Shown here: in pieces, positions 41,620-52,175 of the stretch
Layout: every line of letters begins with the position of its first letter
Numbering within the stretch: the stretch's first letter is position 1
Source: Eledone cirrhosa
Lineage: Eukaryota
Direction of reading: 5' to 3'
Assembly (NCBI GenBank): GCA_964016885.1
Contig: OZ024740.1
Location: 302,560,001-302,624,000, forward strand
Length of the DNA stretch: 64,000 nucleotides
Translations under genes and position numbers: made by a program
The notes under the pieces: generated by a model
Database searches by the model: none
What the model saw: only the letters and a program-made list of their open reading frames with translations
Told to the model about the DNA's origin: nothing

Positions 41620-41652
<33 letters not shown>

Positions 41653-41656
41653 TATT

Positions 41657-41936
41657 TCTAGGGCGGGTAAAATTCCCGAATTCCATGGACGAGTTCTCAC
41701 CAGCGGTCTCTGTCCTTCATTATCGCTGCCATTATCCCAAAAGTCAGCTCAAAAGTGATACAAAGGAGACTGAGGTTAGCTGGACATGCTCACCGACATC
41801 CAGAGTTGACATTGCACTCAGTACTCCTCTGGGAGCCCTTACATGGACACACTGGAAGTGGAAGACTAAGGTTAACATATGTTGATGCCCTAAGGACAGA
41901 CACTGGTCTGTTGGAGACGCAGGACATGGCAGCGAT
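41657..41936 (-). mobile_element. RTE LINE 3' end with an inverted 5' segment
   Basis: Minus 41657-41735 is the terminal ...DRDRW*ELVHGIREFYPP*. Plus 41740-41936: RRLRLAGHAHRHPEL...LLETQDMAA. Confidence 0.85.
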
Positions 41937-41944
41937 ATATATAT

Positions 41945-41977
<33 letters not shown>

Positions 41978-41998
41978 ATATATATATATATATAATAT

Positions 41999-42033
<35 letters not shown>

Positions 42034-42328
42034 GGAGAGAAAGAGAGTGAGAGAATAAGAGAATGTGAAGTTCTGTGTAGATGTTATAAAAACCTTTATT
42101 AACAAAGTTGTTATACATATTTCAATGACAATTGTGGCTACATGATTGTTCAATCTGGTGAACGGTCACGTGATCTCATCAGACAGCATCATTGTGTAAT
42201 ATGATTACGTTTCCGAGGCAGTCCGATCTAAAGACAAGTGAACGGACAAAATATAATGTGTTCATAGCCGATGTCCGTACCTTGCGTTGCATACGCAACC
42301 CCGTTTAGTCAGCATGTTTACCGTAGAC

Positions 42329-42363
<35 letters not shown>

Positions 42364-42463
42364 TAAAAGGAATTCCAACTTTGTCTGATTTACTCTCGTT
42401 TTATTTACAATCCTTTAAAATTTATAATGGTATTAGAATGAAATAGTATGGTAGAATATTAAA

Positions 42464-42642
42464 TGTTAAGTGTTAATTGAACAAGTACTTTCATGCTTTC
42501 GCAATCTTCAGGTTCATATTGTGTGGTGACAGTCAAGTTTTCAATTTTCAACTGTTGAATATTGCAAACTTGATTGTCACGACAGAATATCAACCTGAAG
42601 ATTGCGAAAGCATGAAAGTACTTGTTCAATTAACACTTAACA
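42464..42642. repeat. 179-nt fold-back carrying hammerhead-like folds on both strands (42480-42514 minus, 42592-42626 plus)
   Basis: aac CTGAAGA ttgc-gaaa-gcat GAAA gtac TT gtt. The outer 51 bp are a perfect inverted repeat. Confidence 0.75.
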
Positions 42643-42921
42643 GGATCATCAGACAAGATGAAACTCCAAAGTAAAAAGACTCACTATTTAGCCTTCATAA
42701 AACGAATTATGAAACTCTACTTCGGTATTGAGCACTCTTTTCTGTTAAGTGTCAACCACACATGGATATATATATATGTATATATATATATGTATATTAA
42801 TAAATGGATATATATATATATGTATATTAATCAATGATATTAATAAATGGAAACTATATTTATAAAACCACATTTATTTTATTATATGAATATTATATAC
42901 ATATATATATATATATATATT

Positions 42922-43125
42922 CTCTAGGGTGGGTAAAATTCCCGAGATCCATGGACGAGTTCTCGCCACCGGTCTCTGTCCCTCATTATCGCTGCCATCT
43001 CCTGCGTCTCCAACAGTCCAGTGTCTGTCCTTAGGGCATCAACATACATTAACCTTGGTCTTCCTCTTCCAGTGTGTCCATGTAGGGGCTCCCATAGGAG
43101 CACTGAGTGCAATGTCAACTCTGGA
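42922..43125 (-). mobile_element. RTE LINE 3' end, colinear (no inversion)
   Basis: TLHSVLLWEPLHGHTGRGRPRLMYVDALRTDTGLLETQEMAAIMRDRDRWRELVHGSREFYPP*. Confidence 0.85.
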
Positions 43126-43281
43126 TATATAGTAATAATAATAAATGTGAAGACTAAAGTCCGAAGACTAAAAAGCGATTCTTTGCTTAAACTTTAATCT
43201 GTTATTTTAATAAATAAATAAATATATATATATATATATATAATATATAAGAACAAAAGATGGTTAAAAGAGTTCCATGTA

Positions 43282-43348
43282 TTTTATTATGCGCATTTCA
43301 AAAACAAATATCATCATGCAATAATATTTGTGTTTTCATCAGATAAAA
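43282..43348 (-). ncRNA. Hammerhead ribozyme, palindromic stem III ATGCGCAT, within fold-back 43240-43508
   Basis: Minus strand: ttttat CTGATGA aaacacaaatattat-tgcatg-atgatatttgttttt GAAA tgcgca TA ataaaa. Confidence 0.75.
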
Positions 43349-43589
43349 CAGGAAGACATGATATGAAGATTAAAAAACACTTGTGGATAGTGCAGTTTTA
43401 AATCAATGAATACAAATATTATTGCATGATGATATTTGTTTTTGAAATGCGCATAATAAAATACATGGAACTCTTTTAACCATCTTTTGTTCTTATATAT
43501 TATATATACTCCAGTCCTACAAACTGTAGAGTGTTTCTTATCCGATATCTGCATTGCTTTATTGTACTACAATAAAACTCACCTCCTAC

Positions 43590-43647
<58 letters not shown>

Positions 43648-43663
43648 ATATATACATTTACAC

Positions 43664-43694
<31 letters not shown>

Positions 43695-43734
43695 CATACA
43701 TATATACACATATATATCATATATATATATATAA

Positions 43735-43954
43735 CGAAGGAAATGTGGTAAGGAACCAGATGGACCATAACGCACCAAAGTACTCAATACTTAGGGTAGT
43801 AGAGTGGATAAAAGGAAGGAGTAGGACCCCGACGGCTGAGCTCAAGCCGTTTCGACGGCTAATTCTGGACTAAAATTTTAGTCTAGTCTGGACTAAGATT
43901 TTAGTCCAGAATTAGACGTCGAAACAGCTTGAGCTCAGCCGTCGGGGTCCTACT
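43735..43954. mobile_element. (TA)n-anchored repeat family ending in a fold-back (arms about 55 bp, 43820-43954); relatives at 29915-30045, 62059-62245 and 62575-62642
   Basis: Shared gtggtaaggaacc..ggaccataacgcacca.agtactc.atacttagg.tagtagagtgg sequence. Confidence 0.7.
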
Positions 43955-44231
43955 GGTTCCTATATATATTTAAGAGAGATATATATATACATTATATATA
44001 TATATACACATTATATATATATATATACATTAATTGGTGTTGGATGCTTAAAGCGTCCGTAGCGGTAGGCCGTATGAGCACTCGATGCTCTCATATGATA
44101 TCACAGATAAAAAGAGAATCAGTGTTGCGACGAATGGAATTTATTGGACATATTACAATCGTTTCTCTGGCGACCAGCTCCACCAGCTCGGGACAGATTT
44201 TTCTATAGGAAAATCTGCTTCGTAGAATCAA

Positions 44232-44327
44232 GACGTATCTGAGGACCTTGCAATTTTCAGAGTCAGGTTCGATCATCACATTGATCGCGCTTCGAGCTGG
44301 TCGCAAGAGAAACGACTGTAATATGTC
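44232..44327 (+). ncRNA. Hammerhead ribozyme with extended stem II (about 63 nt), within inverted repeat 44095-44375
   Basis: gacgtat CTGAGGA ccttgc...gcaaga GAAA cgactg TA atatgtc; 7-bp stem I. Confidence 0.65.
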
Positions 44328-44369
44328 CGATAAATTCCCTTCATCGCAACACTGATTCTCTTTTTTTCT

Positions 44370-44409
<40 letters not shown>

Positions 44410-44410
<1 letters not shown>

Positions 44411-44687
44411 AAGAAGAAATTAAAAGATGGTTAAAAGTGTTCCATATATTTTTTTATGCGCATTTCGAATACAAAATCATCCTGGGACAAAAATTGTATT
44501 CTCATCACATAAAATAAGGTAACATGATATGAGGCATAATAGCACTTCTTTACAGGAAAGTGCTAAGTCTACATAAGACAGAAATATAAGTGTTAAAACT
44601 ATAGTAAGAAATAGATAGGAAAATAGAAGAAAGGGAAGAAAGATGATATATGCATAGTTTTATTGTTCTACAATATTACTCACCTTC

Positions 44688-44691
<4 letters not shown>
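44410..44691 (-). mobile_element. Mini element of the TGCGCA-hammerhead family (core mutated to GTGATGA)
   Basis: Homologous to 43245-43350 and 58070-58430; bounded by (TA)n. Confidence 0.65.
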
Positions 44692-44764
<73 letters not shown>

Positions 44765-45077
44765 TTGGGGAGGGTCATATTTGTGTAATATTGCCAGAAT
44801 TACTAACAGAACACACTCACTGTTTGGTTGGTTTTCGCTTTTCGCTTCTGTGTCTTTTATATCGGTAATCTAATTTATTCGGTCCTCAATGTTGCCATTG
44901 ACTGACCAATGTATAACAATATTTGTATAACAATATTTGTTTCGACACACGATTTCATATCAAAAACCTCGCAAAACTATATATATATATATATGAGAGA
45001 CGTAAAATAAGAAAATTCAAGCAAATTATAAACGTAAACATGTAAGTATGTTTTTGAAACGGTGCGCGAGTTTGAAG

Positions 45078-45433
45078 TTAGAAATTAGAAATTATAAGCT
45101 TTCACCGTATTTTTAGACTAAAGAAATTTCTAGCCTGATAGTGGGGTTTATAACCCTCGGAGAAATGGAAAAAGATGAGTGTTGCCGTACATGGGAGTCG
45201 AACCCACATCTTTGGTTATCCAGACCACTGTGCTACCATTACATCAATACACATCCCATCTCCTTCCATTCGATGTGTAATGGTAGCACAGTGGTCTGGA
45301 TAACCAAAGATGTGGGTTCGACTCCCATGTACGGCAACACTCATCTTTTTCCATTTCTCCGAGGGTTATAAACCCCACTATCAGGCTAGAAATTTATTTA
45401 GTCTAAAATACGGTGAAAGCTTATAATTTCTAA

Positions 45434-45440
<7 letters not shown>
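45078..45440. repeat. Near-perfect palindrome (about 165-bp arms) containing a tRNA-like head on each strand
   Basis: 45272-45336: D-arm GTGT-AATGGTA-GCAC, anticodon arm TGGT-CTGGATA-ACCA, T-arm GTGGG-TTCGACT-CCCAT. The acceptor 5' strand is missing. Confidence 0.85.
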
Positions 45441-45467
<27 letters not shown>

Positions 45468-45548
45468 CGGATGGTAGCTTAGATGCTTCCATAGGCGTTA
45501 TGCCGCTTGAGCACTCTATGCTCTTACAGAGCAGAGTATGATATGATA

Positions 45549-45910
45549 TAAAACGAAAAATCAGTGATGCCGCTGAACTCAATTTATTGTGTGTTACAAT
45601 TGTTTCGCCGGCGGAAAGCTCGAGACGCGATCATTGTGTGGATCTGTCTGATTCTGGGTCAGCAGATTCGACGGACACATCTAATGATTTCAGAGCATAT
45701 TCTCTCACTGGAGTATCTGACCCTATGGGTTTGTACTGTCAAAAACTTCATCCACTTCGCGCATCCAGTGATTGGCCGCTGGTTGTCTACGTCATCATAA
45801 ATTCTGAGCACAGGTATCATTCCGCTGTCCTATTTCTGCCACATTTCAATGAATTACTGCTGTGCTTGGTCCACACATCCACGCGCATACCCCCACACAC
45901 ACACATAGAA

Positions 45911-45941
<31 letters not shown>

Positions 45942-46634
45942 CAACACAGACAACCACATAGATACTGACTGTCGTACGCATAGACTCCTGCTATACCCAC
46001 ACATTAAGGAGAACATATAAACATATAAACATACGCATACATTCATCCAGAGAGGCACGTATATACATAGACACATGCCCACAGGCCTAGATACATCAAC
46101 ACGCACGCACACATGCTTATACACATGCATACGCGTATATATACACGTACACACAAACACGTACAGACATGTATGTAGACCCCCCCCCCTTCCACCCACG
46201 CACACACACATACACACACGTACCCATATATACACGCACAGATACACACTCGCTCGCAAACACGCATGTATATATACACACAAACAAGCCCTTGCCTTAC
46301 ATGGGTGCTTGCACACACACACACTGGCCCATATACAATCTTACAAATATGCGCATATTCCCATACACACCCACGCACGCATAAAAAAAAATAATATTAT
46401 ATATCTATATATCTATATATATACACACATAAACAGAATATACACACAAAGTCATATAAAGATACACAATGGGTCGTACATGAAAGGATGCATCTTGTTA
46501 TAAACATGTACACATATAAAAATACATACATACACACACACATATATATATATTTATATATATATATATATAAGTATGTACACGTATAACAGCCGTACTG
46601 AGAGTGGGAAATGAAATATCGTTTCATTTTTTCC

Positions 46635-46685
<51 letters not shown>

Positions 46686-47310
46686 CATATACGTATATAC
46701 ATATATATAAACAAAATATAAAATATAAAATATAAAATATATAAAAAATATTAATAATATACATATAACGGCACATAGAGATATACAGTGTGCTATACAT
46801 GAAAGGGTGCGCCCAGTTGTATGTGTCTACAGAGATGTTGTTACGTTGCGAACATGGATCAATCCACGCATGGAATCTTCACGTAAGGCCACATAATGGG
46901 TTTCATGGTATTACAGTACATAGTACGCGCAGACCGTACAAAGAAAATGCGTGCAGAATATATATAAAAAAACCGAAGGAACGTGTATGCATATGAGATA
47001 GTATACAAGATAAGTATGAGATACACACATGGGTCTGCATACGGAAAATATATTAGGTGTTACAAAAAGGAATACGCACGCCCTATTGAAAAGATACAGT
47101 AGGATGAAGTTTTTGATAGTACTGGCCTATAGGGTCAGATACTCTAGTGAGAGAATATGCTCCGAAATCACTAGACGTGTCCGTCGAACCTGCGGGTCCA
47201 GAGTCAGACAGATCCACACAATGATCGCGTCTCGAGCTGTCCGCCGGCGAAACAATTGTAACACACAATAAATTGAGTTCAGATGCATCACTGACTTTTC
47301 GTTTTATATA
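45549..47310. repeat. Diverged inverted pair (45549-45758 and 47100-47310) with hammerhead-shaped folds and core CCGTCGA
   Basis: gtgt CCGTCGA acctgcgg...ccgccggc GAAA caattg TA acac (47177-47264 plus; 45591-45678 minus). Confidence 0.6.
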
Positions 47311-47327
47311 TATATATATATATATAC

Positions 47328-47394
<67 letters not shown>

Positions 47395-47398
<4 letters not shown>

Positions 47399-48125
47399 AT
47401 ACATTAACGGAGCCATAGACACTCGCCGTTTCCTGTAAATAATGTGCTCAAAGGAAGGAGATCCTGAGGTCATTAAAATACAATATGTTGAAAAGGTAAC
47501 ACACTAGAGAGAGATACAGTGCTCCATCAATAAAACAGGGAAAAACCACCAGTGTATGGAATCTATAACCTATGAAAGGCAGACTATAGACACGATAATT
47601 CAAAATATAAATTAAAACGTAAATAAATACCTCTATAACTATATAACACACGTACAAATCCAAAGTGATCTGTTTCGCCAGTAAGTTGTTGACAGAAATG
47701 AAATAACGCAGGTTCATCAGCGTGTGTAAGGCATTTCAGACAACACTAAGAGAATTTTTAAAGCGACCGTCCAACTACACATGGGAGAGAGAAGTCACAG
47801 CGTGTTTAAGGGCAGTGAACCAGTGGCCTCTGAGGGACGAGCTGCTAGAAAGGGCAGCCCAAAACCACTCAGAGAAATGTGCTCAACCAAATAGAGAGAG
47901 ATGAAAGACTGTTATAAGGAGCGAAATATCATGATACATTAACGGAGCCATAGACTCTCGCCGTTTCCTGTAAATAATCTGCTCAAAGGAGAGGAAATCC
48001 TGAGCTCTTTAAAATACAATATCGTCTATTCTCTGCCTTTCATAGGTTATAGATTCCATACACTGGTGGTTTTTCCCTGTTTTATTGATGGCGCACTCTA
48101 GTGTGTTACCTTTTCAACATGTTGT
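47395..48125. mobile_element. (TA)n-anchored element with a direct repeat (47395-47484 and 47929-48022) and an inverted repeat (47480-47583 and 48033-48122); PLE pLTR-like
   Basis: Repeats are directly visible; the PLE assignment rests on architecture only. Confidence 0.5.
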
Positions 48126-48352
48126 ATATGTTAAAACAGCTTCATCGTTCCTTTGTCAGTGTTGAACAAAAGGGCAACGATGGTTGCCGAACACTGTACT
48201 GCTTAATTCTGGCCGTTTGTTTACAGACAAACCGAGCATTATAATGAATGTTCGTTAAACCCATACGTACATATATATATGTGTGCATGTATGTATATAT
48301 ATGCATACTACTGTACGTCTGTATACATATATGTATGTACTTATACATACTT

Positions 48353-48404
<52 letters not shown>

Positions 48405-48454
48405 ATACATATGTATACACATATATATGCATATACATACACATACACATATAT

Positions 48455-48567
<113 letters not shown>

Positions 48568-50699
48568 ATATCCCTCTACGCCTGCTACTATTTCTTTTAT
48601 TATACTCTTTCTCTCCTCCCTTCTCCCATTCATTCGTTTTCTTATAAAAACATAAATATTTAGATTAAAAGATATACTTCAGCAAATTTTCAAGATGCTA
48701 TACTTCGCCAATGACGCCAGAATGAGCCAATAGAAAAACAACATTTATAAATTTGTTTCGTATTTTTGCTGGAGAAATGATAAAACAATTATTACTCATT
48801 GACTAATTTCTAGTTGTATATTTTATTCTGAATTAGAATTTTATTGATCTATCCATTAAATATATAGACATCTACTTTCTTACATATTATGTCATGTAAA
48901 AAGATCATATAAATTAATCTGCTGAATAGTGTTTTACTCGTTATATTTGAGTAAAGTGGTTGAAAGTGTTATTTAATGGTTTTGCTAAGGTTAGCAAAAT
49001 CATTAATAAATGCTCCGCCCATTTTACTCAAATATATAACTGTGGTGCTATTTCATTTCGCCGTATCATAAATGTTATTTATAAAAGCATGTAAAAGACA
49101 AATTATATTTCTCTCTTTAACGGAACAAATCTAATTCTCAATTATTAGATGATGTTGACTACAAATACCCAATATTGCTTGGCACTATTTATATCTTTAA
49201 AATTACTATTGATTCGAATTCTTGTAACCCCATAGATCAAATCGTAGCATACTGTTGTGAGGAGAACATAATGCAGCGGTTCTCAAGCATGTTATCCATC
49301 ACTGGAATTGGATTCAGTTATTCAACCTAACAAAATACTCTTTAATTAAGTAGTGTTTCCGCTATTTCAACAAATACATTACTCTGTCAATTCTATTTGG
49401 TCGATTGACCTTCTAGATATAGAAGTGAAATTTCCCATGTTTAATCATTTAACGTCTTAAAAGAGGAAGCTCCTAGTTTGTGACATAATCTTACAGAAAT
49501 TATGATAAGTATTTCACTATTGAAATGCCTTCCATTGCAGTGTTTTTCAAGCATTATCAAATAAAGATGTTACTATAAAGCTCTACTCGTGGAATATTGA
49601 TGTCTAATTGATGCAAAAGGCCAGCAAATTTGCGGGAATGGCATAATTGATTAGATCGACTCCAGTACTTGACTAACACTTTGTTCTATTTATCCTGTAA
49701 TAAGGAAATGGAGGATTTGAACTCTGAATGTTAATTGCCAGAAGAAATACCGCAATGACATTTAATCTGACATGTTACCAATGATGTTGATCCAGTACCC
49801 TCTATTCTATTAACAATATTAACTTCGTTATTGATATGATTTCATAAAATATCTGCTGGAAGTATGAAGAATACTATATGGTTATCATAACCATATAGTA
49901 TAGAAGTCACCATTAACACCTTCTAGAAAACCTAGTAAGAATTTACCCGTACTGAACATAGAGTTAAACAGTAAACATAACAGCAGGGAAGAAAAAACAT
50001 TTATCTGCGTCATTAAGATTTTAGCCCTGATTCTGGCTCTTTTCCTGCACTGAGTCAAAAAATACCATCTGTTGTGTTCCAGCTACTCGAGGTTTTAGAT
50101 ATTTCGTACATCATAACTTATTTGATTAACTTTCTCAGTAGTATGCACCATTATAATTAAATCTGTATAATTAAATTGTAGCTATAATTTTGATGATATG
50201 TAGCTGCTGTTTTTCATGTGTATAGTAGATGTACTAACGGAAAATCTGTCCTCATATAAATGTTGGCATAACTTCATCATGGCGAAAATGTTTGAATCAT
50301 CTTTGTGTCATTTGTTTTATTTCCAGAGAGTATATGTTTATTGAAAAGACAAAATGATTACTGATTTTACGATTTTTGCCTCTTTCAATATACAACTATA
50401 TAAGTGGTAAAATTGGTCCCGTTATTGTTTATTTTGAATAGGTTTGGATAGCATCTGTATGAAAAACGTTACTAGGAAGGGAATTTCAGCGGACTGATGT
50501 GGAACAAAACAGTTTCTTTGTTTTTTTTGAAAGACAATTGTTTGTCATGAACCTTTTGAAAGATATTTTTCAGGTTATTCGTCAGCAGTTTAAGTTCCAT
50601 GCAGATAATACATATGTGCAGAATGATTTAAAATAGAGAAGGGGCATATTATTTGCATCGGAATTAATGTTTTTAAATTGACATGAAATATTTAATACA

Positions 50700-51100
50700 C
50701 AAAACATATTGAGGCAAGGAGATAACGGAACACCACAGATGAGAAGAATTGACAGGATGCATTATTAAAGAATTCTCCCGATCAAAGACCTGCTAAGCAG
50801 CTGAAGCATATTTAAGGGGATTTTATCAAAACGAATCTCATGCATGACATGGTTGAATGCTTTATAGATGGCAGGTGTAACGACATTGGTTTTGCCAAGT
50901 GTAAGAATTCACTGTCGAATAAACTTAGAGATCAAATCTTGGAAAACTTTCTGGTAGCGTTCACGAAAGAGATAGACTCAGAACAATTAAGTTGATTCGT
51001 AGCGATTGCTTTAATCACATGTGACATACATCATGTGGGTGCTATAATTGAGTACTTGGTAGGGTCTGATAAATTAACTTTTTAGCGATGTTTACAAACG
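50700..51100 (-). pseudogene. Very degraded CR1/Jockey-type RT remnant
   Basis: Residual KAFNHVMHE..DK and CGVP motifs in the expected order. Confidence 0.35.
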
Positions 51101-51639
51101 TTCATATACAACCCCATAGGTTGAAGGTTTTTAAAGAATAAGAGATAGGTAAGACTAGAAAGAATAAGAGATAGGTAAGAAGAGTAGTGGTTGTTTTATT
51201 GAGCAATGGTGCTTGTATATAGAGATGAGTATTATTGAACGTAGATGAAGTATTTAGGCATGTAAAAAAATGTTATTGAAGGCGTCTAGTATAGAGATAA
51301 AATAACGAGAGCAGAAAATGTTAATGGTTTCACATCGGAATATTTCCTTTTAAGGTGTGGTCATTTGGACGTTTCTGCAGAGTTTATTCATACATTCTTG
51401 ACAATACAAAAAAGAAAATGATCAGCTGCTACCAAACAGGAGGAAAGTCTTGAAGGCACAAAGACTTATTTAGCTTTTTTATGGTGAGATCTTTTCATGT
51501 ATTGGGTGTTGCGGAACCGATATTCGGCGATGATGGTTTCGGTTGACGTCTGAGCATTTTATTAAATGCCCTCAACTGGTGTTAATTTGATTTAATTTGT
51601 TGCTGCATCCTGATCCCAGTAAAGTGACTTTCAGGGGAT

Positions 51640-52175
51640 AAATATTGTTTTTAGCGCCTCTTACACACAGTTCTATCATATCGGTTTACTGGTTTTGGCA
51701 CCCTTAATACACTGCTGTATCATAGCGGTTTACTGGTTTTGGCACCCCTAATACAATCTTGGAGCATAACTGTTTACAGCTTTTAGCACCCCTAATATAC
51801 AGTTGTAGCATAACTGTATACTGGTTTTAGTACCCCTAGTATACAGTTGTAACATAACTGTTTACTGGTTTTAGCACCCCTAATATACAGTTATAGCATA
51901 ACTGTTTACTGGTTTTAGTACCCTTAGTATACAGTTGTAACATAACTGTTTACTGGTTTTAGTACCCTTATTATACAGTTGTAGCATAACTGTTTACTGG
52001 TTTTAGCACCCCTAATATACAGTTGTAACATAACTGTTTACTGGTTTCAGCACCCCTAATATACAGTTGTAACATAGCTGTTTACTGGTTTTAGCACCCC
52101 TAATATACAGTTGTAACATAACTGTTTACTAGTTTTAGTACCCCAATACACTGTTGCACCATAACTGTTTACTGA
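51640..52175 (+). repeat. 44-bp minisatellite, about 12 copies
   Basis: Unit actgtttactggttttagcacccctaatatacagttgtagcata. Confidence 0.92.

Noticed and set aside
45272-45336. Functional tRNA-Ser(GGA) gene
   Set aside because: No acceptor 5' strand, no long variable arm, atypical anticodon loop; treated as tRNA-derived.
51640-52175. CRISPR-like regular array
   Set aside because: Contiguous 44-bp units with no unique spacers, no cas genes and a eukaryotic context.
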